NCBI GenBank assembly: GCA_963716745.1 | Contig: OY970320.1 | Span: 3,168,001-3,232,000 of the forward strand | Direction: 5' to 3' | Length of the DNA: 64,000 nt | Origin: an uncultured Gemmatimonadaceae bacterium | GTDB taxonomy: Bacteria > Gemmatimonadota > Gemmatimonadetes > Gemmatimonadales > Gemmatimonadaceae | Position numbers and translations under genes: made by a program | In this document: in pieces, positions 36,528 through 48,086 of the stretch | How positions within the stretch are numbered: position 1 is the stretch's first letter | Layout of the letters: each line of letters starts with the position of its first letter | Notes under the pieces: model-generated | The model's input: the letters and a program-made list of their open reading frames with translations, nothing else | Database searches by the model: none | What the model was told of the DNA's origin: nothing

Positions 36528-38469
36528 ATGATCGACTCTCCGAACGCCGAGCTGACGCTCACGCTCCCCGACGGTTCCGCGCGCCGCGTGCCCTCTGGCA
36601 CGCTGCCGCGCGACGTGGTCGCCGGCATCGGCGCGGGATTGCTGCGCGCGGCCGTGGCCGTGCAACTCGACGGCAACATCCAGGACCTCGTGACTCCGCT
36701 GCGGTCGAGCGGCGCCTTCCGCGTGCTCACAGAGAAGGATGCGCCCGCGCTCGACGTGCTGCGTCATTCGGCGGCGCACTTGCTCGCGACCGCGGTACGC
36801 CGCCTGCGCCCCGACGCGAAGATCGGCTTCGGTCCCGCGATCGACGACGGGTTCTACTACGACTTCGAGGTCGCGCAACCGTTCACGCCCGAGGATCTCG
36901 AGGCGTTCGAAAAGGAGATGAAGAAGGCGGCCGGGGAGAAATTCCCCTTCGTGCGCGAAGAGGTGAGTCGCGCGCAGGCGCAGAAGAAGTTCGCCGACGA
37001 TCCGCTCAAGCTCGAGCGGCTCTCGGAGCTGGGGAACGATGAGGTGATCTCCGTCTACACCGACGGGCCGTTCTTCGATCTCTGCCGCGGCCCGCATGTG
37101 CCGGACACGTCGCGCATCAAGCACTTCAAGCTGCTGCATACCGCCGGCGCGTATTGGCGCGGCGATGAGCACCGTCAGATGCTGCAGCGCATCTACGGCA
37201 CCGCGTGGTTCACGAAGGACGAGCTCGACGCGTACCTCGTGCGCATCGAGGAGGCCAAGAAGCGCGACCACCGCACGCTGGGGCGCGAGCTCGATCTGTA
37301 CTCCACCGATCAGCGCGTGGGGCCGGGGCTCATCCTGTGGCATCCTCGCGGCGCGGTGATCCGGAACGAGATCGAGAATTACGAGCGCGATCTCATCACG
37401 CGCCACGGCTACGATCTCGTGTACACGCCGCACATCGTGAGCGAGAAGCTGTTCGAGATCTCGGGGCATCTCGTGAACTTCAAGGACGGGATGTTCAGCG
37501 CGATGGACGTGGACGGGAACAATTACCGTCCCAAGCCGATGAACTGCCCCGGGCACATCTGCATTTACCAGTCGCACCAGCGCTCGTATCGCGATCTGCC
37601 GCTGCGCTTCGCCGAATTCGGCACGGTGTACCGCTACGAGCGGAGCGGCGTGCTGCACGGCATGCTGCGCGTGCGCGGGTTCACGCAGGACGACGCGCAC
37701 GTGTTCTGCACGCCGGAGCAGGTGCCGCGCGAGATCGAGCGGCTGCTCGATCTCGTGGACGAGATGCTCAAGACGTTCGGCTATCCGTACACGATCGAGC
37801 TGTCCACCATGCCCGACAACGCGCTTGGCACCGCGGAGGTGTGGGCGCACGCGGAGAAGACCCTCGCGGACGTGCTGAACGCGCGCGGGCAGAAATTCGC
37901 GATCGACGCGGGCGGCGGTGCGTTCTACGGGCCGAAGCTCGATTTCAAATTGATCGACGCGATCGGGCGCAGCTGGCAGGGTCCCACCGTGCAGCTGGAT
38001 TTCAATCTGCCCGAGCGCTTCCAGCTCGAGTTCGTGGGCGCGGACAACAAAATGCACCGGCCGGTGATGCTGCATCGCGTGCTCGTCGGGAGCATGGAGC
38101 GGTTCGTTGGCGGGCTCGATCGAGCACTACGCGGGGAATTTCCCACTCTGGCTCGCGCCGGAGCAGGTGAGCGTGATCCCGATCTCACCCGAACTCGGCG
38201 ATGCCGCGCGTTCGCTCGTGGAGAAATTCAAGGCGGCCGGCCTTCGCGTGGGCTTCGACGCCGAACTGCGCGAGGATTATCGCGAGCGCATCAAGCTCGC
38301 GTCGCAGCTCAAGGTGCCGTACATGGCGATCCTCGGGAAGCGCGAGGCCGAGGCGGGCACTGTGACGCTGCGCGCGCGCGGCGCCGAGAAGACGCAGGCG
38401 ACGATGACCGTCGATGAAGCGGTCGCGAAGCTCAAGGCGGAGATGGAGACGAGGGCGATCACCGCTTGA
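36528..38469 (+). CDS. thrS: Threonine--tRNA ligase, frameshift near 38115
   Basis: TGS domain, RHSAAH, DLCRGPH, KPMNCPGH, RVRGFTQDDAH, GAFYGPK. Confidence 0.97.
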
Positions 38470-39175
38470 ACTACAGGGGCGGGCTGTTGGCTGTCGGCTG
38501 TGGCCTGCTGTTCGCGGGAATGCTCGGGCACCTCCAACGCTAATCCCGTCGTCTGTATTGACCCGGGTCATCCCTTCCGAGGTTAGCCGCGGCGACGAGC
38601 GGCTGAACGGCACCACCGAAGTGCACGTCGCGTGGATGGTCGCGTTGAAGCTTCGCGCGGATCTCGAAGCACGCGGCATCACCGTCTGCATGACCAAGGA
38701 CAAACAGGATACTCTCGTGCGCAATCGCGACCGCGCCGAGATCGCGAATCGCGCCGGCGCCTTACTGCTCGTGCGGCTGCACTGCGACACCGGCCGCGAC
38801 AGCGGATTCGTCGTGTACTATCCCGATCGCGAGGGCACGGCCGAGGGGAAGACCGGGCCGAGCGCCGCCGTTCGCGCGGCCAGCGATGGCGCCGCGATCA
38901 CGATCCACGCGGCGATGGCCGAGGCACTCGCGGGACTATCTCCACGACGGCGGCATCCTCGGCGACTCCAAGACTACATTGGCAGCAAGCAAGGGGCGCT
39001 CACCGGGCTCGATTTTCTCGAGGTGCCGGTTGTCACCGTCGAGATGGTGGTGCTGTCGCACAGCGAGGACGCGAGGTTCATCGAGAGCGACAGCGGCGTC
39101 GCGCTCATGGCGAATGCGATCGCGACTGGCGTGGCGCAGTTCGTCGCCTCTGCGCGCGCTGATGCTACTTCGTGA
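38466..39175 (+). CDS. N-acetylmuramoyl-L-alanine amidase (Amidase_3), probable lipoprotein, frameshifted
   Basis: Reconstructed MNYRGGLLAVGCGLLFAG-C-SGTS..VVCIDPGH; RAEIANR, RLHCD, PVVTVEM. Confidence 0.78.
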
Positions 39176-39641
39176 ACAGCGAATTCGTGGTTCGCGGAGG
39201 AGTGACCCTGTGAGGGCGGCACCGGATATTGCATGAAGATGTCCAGCCGCGTGTCGACGATCTCGCCGAGAGGGATCGGCCCGCCCGGCGAATCCACGAA
39301 TAGCGAATCGCCGCTCTGCGAGTACGGCCGGATCGTGGTCTGCTCGCTCCACGTGCCGCGGGTGAGGGAAGGGAACGTGCCGAACTGCGTGTAGTACGTC
39401 GTGATGTGCATCGAGTCGCCAGAAAAGACTTCGAGCGGCGCACCGGTGATGAATGTCTGCGGCGACCCGGTGTAGTAGGGATCGGAGATCGTCTGGGACG
39501 CGCTGTCCACGCTGAGATGTGCCACGTCCCCGTGAGTGTGAACGGTTCCGTCGGCACATTCGAGCAGGTCGACATGCCTGCGATGCCCCACGCCGCCGCC
39601 GCGAACAGAATGCACACACCAACGCTCGATGCATTCCGCAC
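39165..39641 (-). CDS. Hypothetical exported protein, frameshifted
   Basis: Signal-like N-terminus in ORF 39165-39674 joins a beta-rich stretch in ORF 38974-39702. Confidence 0.45.
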   Translation of the reverse strand: MRNASSVGVCILFAAAAWGIAGMSTCSNVPTEPFTLTGTWHISAWTARPRRSPIPTTPGRRRHSSPVRRSKSFLATRCTSRRTTRSSARSLPSPAARGASRPRSGRTRRAAIRYSWIRRAGRSLSARSSTRGWTSSCNIRCRPHRVTPPRTTNSLFTK

Positions 39642-39780
39642 GCCCGGCTCCTCCCTTGTGTGACCCTCCTCCACTATGATCAGTGGTAGCCCCCATGCGC
39701 AACCCGAACGTTCACCGACCGGCTGATCTCAGAGGTCGCTGGTGCGTAGCTCGCGGTACACATGCGCTACGCCACCGCCA

Positions 39781-39844
39781 ATCATGTCGATCATGTCAAT
39801 CCTGTCCAAAGGCATTTTGGCAGGATTCACATGACTCACATGAT
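39781..39844. repeat. Hairpin built from three 9-nt units per arm
   Basis: ATCATGTCG ATCATGTCA ATCCTGTCC AAA ... TTTGG CAGGATTCA CATGACTCA CATGAT. Confidence 0.75.
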
Positions 39845-39889
39845 GCGCGCGCACGTTGTTGCCGTTCCCCACGGCGACTAGCTTTGAGC

Positions 39890-41110
39890 ATGTCCGAAAA
39901 GGCCCGTCTCCCCGTCATCCTGTCCGCGGTACGTACGCCGATCGGCAAGTTCCTCGGCGGTCTCTCGTCCTTCAGCGCGCCGGAACTCGGCGCCGCAGCC
40001 ATTCGCGCCGCGATCGCCCGCAGCGGCATCCCGGCGTCGGATGTGGACGAAGTGATCATGGGTCATGTCGTGCAGGGTGGTGCCGGCCAGGCGCCCGCGC
40101 GACAGGCGGCCATCAAGGCCGGTGTCCCCGGCGTCGTCCCCGCGATGACGATCAACAAAGTCTGCGGCTCGGGACTCAAAGCCGTCATGCTCGCCGCGCA
40201 GTCGATCAAGGCCGGCGACCAGCACGTCGTGGTGGCGGGCGGCCAGGAGTCGATGTCCAACGCCGCGTTCTACGTGTACGGCATGCGCGCCGGCGTCAAA
40301 TTCGGCGACCAGAAGCTCGTGGACGGTCTCATCAAGGACGGCCTCTGGGATTCGTTCAACGACGTGCACATGGGCGGGCTCGCCGAGTACACCGCGCGCA
40401 AAGCGCATCTCACGCGCGCGATGCAGGATGAGTTCGCGCTCAGCTCGCATCGCAAGGCGGTGGCCGCGATGGATCACGGCCGCTTCGCCGCCGAGATCGT
40501 GCCGATGGAGATCCCCGGCAAGAAGGGCCCGACGGTGATCAACACCGACGAATCGCCGCGTCGCGATACGTCGCTCGAGGTGCTCGCGAAGCTCAAGCCC
40601 GCATTCCCGAACGACGCACCGAAGGACATGAAGCCCGATGAACTCACAGTCACCGCCGGCAACGCGCCGGGCCTCAGCGATGGCGCGTCGGCGCTCGTGG
40701 TCACGAGCGAGGAATACGCCCGCGCGCGCGGACTCGGCATCATGGCGCGCATCACGGGCTACGCGACCGGCGGCGGCGAGCCAAGAGATCTCTTCTTCGC
40801 TCCGATTTTCGCCGTGCAGAACCTGATGAAGAAGACCGGCACGAAGATCTCAGACTTCGATCTCATCGAGGCGAACGAAGCGTTCGCCGCGCAGGCGCTG
40901 GCGAACGGCAACGCGCTCAAGTGGGACTGGGAGCGCGTGAACGTGAACGGCGGCGCGATCGCGCTCGGCCACCCCATCGGGGCGAGCGGCGCGCGCGTGC
41001 TCACCACTTTGTTGTACGCGATGCGCGACCGCAAAGCGCGGACGGGTCTGGCGACCCTCTGCCTGGGCGGCGGCAACGCGGTGGCCCTCAGCGTGGAGGC
41101 GATCGACTGA
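39890..41110 (+). CDS. Acetyl-CoA C-acetyltransferase (thiolase)
   Basis: INKVCGSG, EANEAFA, GHPIGASG, LCLGGG. Confidence 0.95.
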   Translation: MSEKARLPVILSAVRTPIGKFLGGLSSFSAPELGAAAIRAAIARSGIPASDVDEVIMGHVVQGGAGQAPARQAAIKAGVPGVVPAMTINKVCGSGLKAVMLAAQSIKAGDQHVVVAGGQESMSNAAFYVYGMRAGVKFGDQKLVDGLIKDGLWDSFNDVHMGGLAEYTARKAHLTRAMQDEFALSSHRKAVAAMDHGRFAAEIVPMEIPGKKGPTVINTDESPRRDTSLEVLAKLKPAFPNDAPKDMKPDELTVTAGNAPGLSDGASALVVTSEEYARARGLGIMARITGYATGGGEPRDLFFAPIFAVQNLMKKTGTKISDFDLIEANEAFAAQALANGNALKWDWERVNVNGGAIALGHPIGASGARVLTTLLYAMRDRKARTGLATLCLGGGNAVALSVEAID

Positions 41111-41655
41111 TGCAGCAATCGACAGTGGTGATCACGCGCGAACGCACCCAGACCGCGTTCCTCGTGGTGGCGTTCGCGGCCGCGGCGGCGCTCGCGTCGC
41201 AAGTGGCGGTGCCGATCCCCGGCACGCCGGTACCGCTCGCGCTCGCGCCGATGGCGGCGGTGCTCGCGGGATTGCTGCTCGGTCCGCGCGCCGGTGCGGC
41301 GAGCATGGCGCTCTATCTCGCGGCGGGCGCGGCGGGACTGCCGGTATTCGCGCCGATCGGACTGCCGGGCATCGCGCGCCTCTTCGGGCCCACGGGCGGC
41401 TATCTGCTCGCGTATCCGTTCGCGGCCGCGCTCGCCGGGTACATCGCGCAGCGCGTGCCGAACATCGCGGGGCGCATCGGTGCGGCCGCGGCCGGCATGG
41501 TGATCATCCACGCGGGCGGCGTCGCGCAGCTCGCGTTGCTCACGGGATCGGTGGCCACCGCCGCCGCGCTCGGGTCCGCTCCATTCATCCTGGCCGACGC
41601 CGCGAAGTCGGTGGCGGCGGGTGTGATCGCATCGACCCGCGCGCGCCGCGCGTGA
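41110..41655 (+). CDS. bioY: Biotin transporter S component
   Basis: PGTPVP, LYLAAGAAGLPVFA, GPTGGYL. Confidence 0.88.
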   Translation: MQQSTVVITRERTQTAFLVVAFAAAAALASQVAVPIPGTPVPLALAPMAAVLAGLLLGPRAGAASMALYLAAGAAGLPVFAPIGLPGIARLFGPTGGYLLAYPFAAALAGYIAQRVPNIAGRIGAAAAGMVIIHAGGVAQLALLTGSVATAAALGSAPFILADAAKSVAAGVIASTRARRA

Positions 41656-42539
41656 ACGGTCGCGCACTGTTCTTCGCGCCGAGCGGCGTGCTGCGTGCGC
41701 CGTGGCGCGTCGCGGGCGCGACGGTGGTGTTCTTCATCTCGTTCTGGATATCCGCGCGTGCGATCTCGCTGATGCGGCCGCCGCATGCCGGATTCTACTG
41801 GAGCATGTCGGCCGGCGTCGTGATGCTGCTCGTGGCGGCGTGGGCGGCCAGCTTCGTCATGCTTCGTCTGGTGGACCGGCGCCCGTGGAGCAGCATTGGC
41901 CTTGGGAGCGCACAGGCGGCGCCGCGCACGCTCGCGGTGGGATTCGCGCTCGGGGCGCTCGGCATCCTGCTGCCGTCGGGCGTGTTGCTCATGTCGCACT
42001 ACCTCTCCATCGGCGCTCCGGCACATCCCGGCGGCACGTGGGCGGGGAGCGCATTCGTTCTTGCGATCGGACTGCTGCCGGCCGCACTGAGCGAGGAGTT
42101 GATCAGCCGCGGCTACATCTTCGCCGCGATCCGTGAGAGCATCGGGCCGTGGTGGGCGATCGCGGTCACGTCGGTCTTCTTCGCATCGCTGCACTTGGGG
42201 AACCCGGGCGTCGGACTGCGCGATGTGACGCTCGTCGCGCTCGCGGGCGTGTTCCTTGGCGCGATCGTGGTCATCACGGGCTCGCTCTGGGCGGCGACGT
42301 CGGCGCATTTCGCCTGGAATTGGGCGATGGGCGCGCTGCTGCATTCGCCGATCAGCGGCATCACCATGCCTGCGGTGCCGGGGTACGCTACCGAGAGCAC
42401 GGGGCCCGACTGGCTCACCGGCGGCGCGTGGGGTCCCGAAGGCGGCGCGGCCGCGGCGGTGGGCATGCTCGCCGGGATCGCGGCCCTCGTCGCATGGAAG
42501 CGGCGCGCGTCGCGCGCGCCGGAGTTCGCGAATGGCTGA
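41652..42539 (+). CDS. CPBP (Abi/CAAX) intramembrane metalloprotease
   Basis: EELISRGY, FASLHLGNP, HFAWN, LTGGAWGPEG. Confidence 0.88.
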   Translation: MNGRALFFAPSGVLRAPWRVAGATVVFFISFWISARAISLMRPPHAGFYWSMSAGVVMLLVAAWAASFVMLRLVDRRPWSSIGLGSAQAAPRTLAVGFALGALGILLPSGVLLMSHYLSIGAPAHPGGTWAGSAFVLAIGLLPAALSEELISRGYIFAAIRESIGPWWAIAVTSVFFASLHLGNPGVGLRDVTLVALAGVFLGAIVVITGSLWAATSAHFAWNWAMGALLHSPISGITMPAVPGYATESTGPDWLTGGAWGPEGGAAAAVGMLAGIAALVAWKRRASRAPEFANG

Positions 42540-43383
42540 TCGCGTCGCGGTGATCGGGGCGGGGCAGATGGGCAACGGCATCGCGCACGTGTGCGCTGCC
42601 GCCGGGCTCGACGTCGTGATGATCGACGTCGCGAAGGAAGCGCTCGCCAAGGGGCGCGCCACGATCGAGAAGAACATGGCGCGGCAGGTGCAGAAGGGCG
42701 CGCTCACTGACGATGCGCGCTCCGCCGCGCTCGGCAAACTCACCGAAGCGACGTCGCTCGACGCCGCGAAGAATGCCACCGTGGTGATCGAGGCCGCGAG
42801 CGAGAACGCCGATCTCAAATTCAAACTGTTCGGCGAGCTCGACCGCATCGCGCCCGCCGACGCGATCCTCGCCACGAACACCAGCTCCATCTCCATCACC
42901 GAGATCGCCGCGCGCACCAAGCGCCCCGCGCAGGTGATCGGCATGCACTTCATGAATCCCGTGCCCGTGATGCAGCTCGTGGAAGTGATCCGCGGTCTCG
43001 CCACCAGCGATGCGGTCACGGCGCGCGTATTCGCGCTGTCCAAGTTGCTCGGCAAGACCGCGGTGGAAGTGAACGACTATCCCGGCTTCGTCTCGAACCG
43101 CGTGCTCATGCCCATGATCAACGAGGCCGTGTACTGCCTCATGGAGGGCGTCGGCACCGCCGAGTCGATCGACACCGTGATGAAACTGGGGATGAACCAT
43201 CCCATGGGACCGCTCGCGCTCGCCGATCTCATCGGCCTCGACACCTGCGTCGCGATCCTGAACGTGCTGCACGACGGACTCGGCGATCCCAAGTACCGCC
43301 CGTGCCCGCTGCTCAAGAAGTACGTCGCCGCCGGTTGGCTCGGCAAGAAATCGGGGCGCGGCTTCTTCACGTACGGAGCGTAA
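42532..43383 (+). CDS. hbd: 3-hydroxybutyryl-CoA dehydrogenase
   Basis: GAGQMGNG, TNTSS, GMHFMNPVP, NHPMGPL. Confidence 0.92.
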   Translation: MADRVAVIGAGQMGNGIAHVCAAAGLDVVMIDVAKEALAKGRATIEKNMARQVQKGALTDDARSAALGKLTEATSLDAAKNATVVIEAASENADLKFKLFGELDRIAPADAILATNTSSISITEIAARTKRPAQVIGMHFMNPVPVMQLVEVIRGLATSDAVTARVFALSKLLGKTAVEVNDYPGFVSNRVLMPMINEAVYCLMEGVGTAESIDTVMKLGMNHPMGPLALADLIGLDTCVAILNVLHDGLGDPKYRPCPLLKKYVAAGWLGKKSGRGFFTYGA

Positions 43384-43386
43384 CGC

Positions 43387-44552
43387 ATGTCCTGGGCGCT
43401 CATACCACTCACCGAGGACCAGCGCACCATCCAGAAGATGGTGCGCGATTTCGCGCGCGAGCACATCACGCCGTGCGCGGCGCAATGGGACCGCGAGAGC
43501 CATTTCGACCGCAGCGTGATCGACCGCATGGGGAAGCTCGGCCTGTTCGGCATGATGCTGCCCGAGGAGCTCGATGGGCTCGGGCTCGACACCTGCACGT
43601 ACCTCGTGGCGCTCGAGGAGATCGCTGCGGCCGATGCGAGCGTAGCCGTGGCGATGAGCGTGCACAACTCGCTGCCCACCACGATGATCCTGGGCTGGGG
43701 CACCGACGCGCAGAAGCAGAAATTCCTGCGCCCCATGGCGCGCGGCGAGATGCTCGGCGCCTTCGCGCTCTCGGAGCCCGAGGCCGGTTCCGACGCGGCG
43801 TCGCTGCACGCGCAGGCGGTGCGCGACGGCGACCATTGGGTGCTGAACGGCACCAAGAGCTGGGTGACGAACGGCGGCACGGCGCGACGTGATCATCGCC
43901 ATGGCGCGCACCGATACGCCGGAGAACCGGCGCGGCGCGCGCGGCATTGGCGCGTTCATCGTCACGCCGGACCTGCCCGGATTCAGCGTGGGGAAGAAGG
44001 AGGACAAGATGGGGCTCCGCGCGTCGCCCACGGTGAGCCTCACTGTTCGAGAACATGCGCGTGCCCGCCGCGAATCTGCTCGGCGAGCCCGGCGGCGGAT
44101 TCGTGTACGCGATGCAGTCGCTCGACAACGGCCGCCTCGGCATCGCCGCGCAGGCCGTGGGCATCGCGCGCGCGGCCTTCGAGCACAGCGTGCGCTACGC
44201 GAACGAGCGCAAGCAGTTCGGCCAGTCGATCAACCAGTTCCAGGGCATCCAGTTCAAGCTCGCCGACATGGCGACGCGCATCGCGTCATCGCGCGCGCTC
44301 TTGTACATGGCCGCCGCCGCGAAGGACCGCGGCGGTTCCAATTCGCAATTCAGCAGCATGAGCAAACTGCTCGCGAGCGAGACCGCGATGTGGGTCACGA
44401 CGCAAGCGATGCAGATCTTCGGCGGCTACGGCTACATCACCGACTATCCGGTGGAGAAATTGTTCCGCGACGCGAAGATCACCGAGATCTACGAAGGCAC
44501 TTCCGAGATCCAGCGCATCGTGATCGCGCGGGAACTGTACGCCCAGAGCTAG
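43387..44552 (+). CDS. Acyl-CoA dehydrogenase (short/branched-chain), frameshifted
   Basis: [43 protein letters not shown]. Confidence 0.93.
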
Positions 44553-44629
44553 AAGCTATCCGCGCCCCAAGCGTTCAGTCCCGTTCTCATCTCGATCCCG
44601 ACTCCCGAATCCCAAATCCCGAGCCCTTG

Positions 44630-45733
44630 ATGCCCTCGAAGCCAAAATCAAAGCCAGCCGCTATCCCTCTCTTTGAACGCCTCGCCGAGATGGGCCACGA
44701 GCAGCTCGTGATCTGCAGCGAGCCCTCCGCCGGCTACCGCGGCATCATCGCGATCCACAGCACCGCGCTCGGCCCCGCGCTCGGCGGCACGCGCTTCTGG
44801 AGCTACGCGAGCGACGAGGAGGCGATCATCGACGCGCTGCGCCTCGCGCGCGGCATGACGTACAAGAATGCCGTGGCCGGACTCAATCTCGGCGGCGGCA
44901 AGTCGGTGATCATCGGCGACAACAAGACGCGCAATCGCGAGATGGTCTTCCGCGCGCACGGCCGCTTCGTCGAAGGACTCGGCGGGCGCTACGTGACCGC
45001 CGAGGATGTGGGCACGAGCACGAGCGACATGGACTTCGTGCACATGGAAACGGAGTACGTCACCGGGCTCGCCGGCCGTTCGGGCGATCCGTCGCCCGTC
45101 ACCGCGCACGGCGTGTTCCGCGCGATCCAGGCGAGCGCGAAGGTGCGCTGGGGACGCGACAGTCTCGAGGGAAAGACGGTCGCGCTGCAGGGCTGCGGCC
45201 ACGTCGGATATTTCCTCGCGAAGGAACTGCACGGCGCCGGCGCGAAGCTCATCGTCACCGACATCGATGGCGAGCGCGTGAACCGCGTGGTCAACGAGTT
45301 CAAGGCGAAGCCCGTCGCGACGAACGAGATCTACGGCGTGCGCGCGGACATCTTCGCGCCCTGCGCGCTCGGCGCGGTCATCAACGACAAGACGATCCCG
45401 GTGCTCAAGTGCGAGATCGTCGCCGGCGCCGCGAACAACCAGTTGGCCGAAGAGCGCCACGGCGACGCGCTCGAGAAGCGGAAGATCCTCTACGCGCCGG
45501 ACTACGTCGCGAACTCCGGCGGCGTGATCAACGTGTACGGCGAGATCGCCGGCTGGGATCCGCAGCGCGCGCTGCGCAAGGCGGACGAGATCTACGCCAC
45601 CACGCTCGGCGTGTACGAGCTCGCGAAGGCGGACAAGATCCCGACGTATCGCGCCGCCGACCGCCTGGCCGAGAAGCGGCTCAAGGCCGTGGGTGCGCTC
45701 GTGCGCACGTGGCCGGAATGGCCGAATAAGTGA
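44630..45733 (+). CDS. Glu/Leu/Phe/Val dehydrogenase (leucine dehydrogenase-like)
   Basis: [38 protein letters not shown]. Confidence 0.92.
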   Translation: MPSKPKSKPAAIPLFERLAEMGHEQLVICSEPSAGYRGIIAIHSTALGPALGGTRFWSYASDEEAIIDALRLARGMTYKNAVAGLNLGGGKSVIIGDNKTRNREMVFRAHGRFVEGLGGRYVTAEDVGTSTSDMDFVHMETEYVTGLAGRSGDPSPVTAHGVFRAIQASAKVRWGRDSLEGKTVALQGCGHVGYFLAKELHGAGAKLIVTDIDGERVNRVVNEFKAKPVATNEIYGVRADIFAPCALGAVINDKTIPVLKCEIVAGAANNQLAEERHGDALEKRKILYAPDYVANSGGVINVYGEIAGWDPQRALRKADEIYATTLGVYELAKADKIPTYRAADRLAEKRLKAVGALVRTWPEWPNK

Positions 45734-46185
45734 GCGACAAGCAGGAGACGATCCCGATCGCGAGCGACCACGCGGGCTTCGAATTGAAAGCGAAGCTCGC
45801 GGCGGCGCTGCGCGAACTCGGCTATGCGGTGCAGGACCTGGGCACGACGAGCGACGCGAGCACGGACTATCCTGACTTCGCGCATCCGCTCGCGAAGGAG
45901 ATCTCGAGCGGCGAGGCGAAGCGCGGCGTGCTGCTCTGCGGCACGGGGCTCGGCATGAGCTACGTGGCGAACCGCTACCCGCACGTGCGCGCCGCGGTGG
46001 CATGGACGCCGGAAGTCGCGGCGCTCGCGCGCCAGCACAACGACGCGAACGTGCTCGTGCTGCCCGCGCGCTTCGTGACGGAAGAGCAGGGACGCGCGAT
46101 CCTCAAGACGTGGCTCGACACGCCCTTCGAGGGCGGACGCCACGAACGCCGCGTCGAGAAGATCGAGCGCGAAGGGGAGAAGTGA
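45730..46185 (+). CDS. rpiB: Ribose-5-phosphate isomerase B
   Basis: [32 protein letters not shown]. Confidence 0.94.
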   Translation: MSDKQETIPIASDHAGFELKAKLAAALRELGYAVQDLGTTSDASTDYPDFAHPLAKEISSGEAKRGVLLCGTGLGMSYVANRYPHVRAAVAWTPEVAALARQHNDANVLVLPARFVTEEQGRAILKTWLDTPFEGGRHERRVEKIEREGEK

Positions 46186-47458
46186 CCGACTGGGTGAACT
46201 GGGACCGCTGTCCGCCGGGTCCCGCGCTTGCGCGCAGCCGACGCCGAGGTCGCGCACGCGATCGCGCAGGAGACGCGCGCGGCAGAACGAAGGGATCGAG
46301 CTCATCGCGAGCGAGAACTTCGTGTCGCCGGCCGTGCTCGAGGCGATGGGCAGTCCGCTCACGAACAAGTACGCCGAAGGATTGCCGGGCAAGCGCTACT
46401 ACGGCGGCTGCGAATTCGTTGACGTGGTGGAGAATCTCGCGATCGCGCGCGTGAAGCAATTGTTCGGCGCCGATCACGCGAACGTGCAGCCGCATTCGGG
46501 GGCGCAGGCGAACGCCGCGGTGTACTTCAATTTCCTGAAGCCCGGCGAGACGGTGATGGGGCTCGACCTTTCACAGGGCGGGCACCTCACGCATGGGTCG
46601 CCGGTGAACTTCTCCGGCATCCTCTATCACGCGGTGCACTACGGCGTGAACGACGACGGCGTGATCGACTATGACAACGTTCGCGCGTTGGCCTTGGCCG
46701 AGCGGCCGAAGATGATCGTCGCGGGCGCCAGCGCGTATGCGCGCACCTTGAATTTCGAAGCGTTCGGCTCGATCGCGCGCGAGGCGGGCGCGGTGCTCAT
46801 GGTGGACATGGCGCATATCGCGGGACTCATCGCGGCGGGACTGCATCCGTCGCCGGTGCCGCACGCCGACGCGGTCACGAGCACCACGCACAAGACCCTG
46901 CGCGGTCCGCGCGGCGGACTGATCCTCTGCAAGGCGCAGCACGCGAAGGGGATCGACAAGGCCGTGTTCCCCGGGCTGCAGGGCGGGCCGCTCATGCACG
47001 TGATCGCGGCGAAGGCCGTGGCGTTCCACGAAGCGTTGCAGCCGGGATTCAAGGAGTACTGCGCGCAGATCATCCGTAACGCGCGAGCACTGGCGACCGC
47101 GCTCGCGGAGCGCGGCTTCCACATCGTATCCGGCGGCACCGACACGCACCTGATGCTCGTGGACCTGCGCAGCAAGGGACTCACGGGCAAGGTGGCCGAG
47201 CAAGCGCTCGACGCCGCGGGGATCACGGTGAACAAGAACACAGTCCCGCGCGAGACGCAGTCGCCGTTCGTGACGAGCGGAGTGCGGATCGGAACGCCCG
47301 CGGTGACGACACGCGGGATGCGCGAACCGGAGATGGTCCGGATCGCCGAGTTGATCGACCGGGCGCTCGCGCGGGCAGATAATGCGGAGAATCTCGCGAA
47401 GATCAGAGGGGAAGTGAGAGAACTCGCGAAGGGGTTTCCGTTGTATCCGGACCCTTGA
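46182..47458 (+). CDS. glyA: Serine hydroxymethyltransferase, 5' frameshifts
   Basis: [32 protein letters not shown]. Confidence 0.96.
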
Positions 47459-47459
47459 T

Positions 47460-47570
47460 GAACCGCTGACGGCGGAACTGGTACCGCTGACGGCGGGATT
47501 GGCGTTGGATGGGGCGGTATCTAACGCCAATCCCGCCCTCAGCGGTGCCAGTCCCGCCGTTCTTCGGTTG
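47460..47570. repeat. Imperfect inverted repeat, copy 3 of the same family
   Basis: GAACCGCTGACGGCGG is the exact reverse complement of the end of copy 2; inner GGATTGGCGTTGGAT/ATCTAACGCCAATCC. Confidence 0.85.
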
Positions 47571-47627
47571 TAGAGTTGTCATTCCGGGCGTAGGGCGTCA
47601 TCTTAGCGACCATCGGAGGTTCTTGTC

Positions 47628-48017
47628 GTGAGCGTTGAGCTCTGTTTCCGCGATGGGATCATGGACCGCATTCGGGCGCGCGAGCCGCGCTACCGCGAAG
47701 GCGCGTACTTGTTCGTCCTCGCGGCGCTCGAGTTCTCGCAATCGCGGCTCACCGACCGCCGTCACATCTCCGGCGCCGAACTCGCCTCCGCCGTGCGCGA
47801 GCTGGCCATCACCCGTTATGGCGTGACCGCCCGTCTCGTCCTCGAGTACTGGGGCGTGCGCAGCACCAGTGACATCGGCGACATCGTGTTCACGCTGGTG
47901 GACCTCGGAATGCTCCTCAGCCAACCGACGGACACTCGCGAGGAATTCTTCGGCCTCTTCGATTTCGCTGAGGCCTTCGAGCGGGAATATCCGTGGAGCG
48001 CGGCGACGCTGGTCTAA
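47628..48017 (+). CDS. Conserved hypothetical protein (Minf_1886-like)
   Basis: RYREGAYLFV..RHISGAEL..VLEYWGVRSTSDIGDIVF. Confidence 0.75.
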   Translation: MSVELCFRDGIMDRIRAREPRYREGAYLFVLAALEFSQSRLTDRRHISGAELASAVRELAITRYGVTARLVLEYWGVRSTSDIGDIVFTLVDLGMLLSQPTDTREEFFGLFDFAEAFEREYPWSAATLV

Positions 48018-48086
48018 GAGGCGGACAGCGGGTCTCGGCCGTCGACTGTCGGCTGTCGCCGACCGCACCGATCACATAGAGCGGAC

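Noticed and set aside
43889..45733. 614-aa ACAD-leucine dehydrogenase fusion ORF
   Set aside because: The middle is out-of-frame read-through; the ACAD ends at 44552 in another frame
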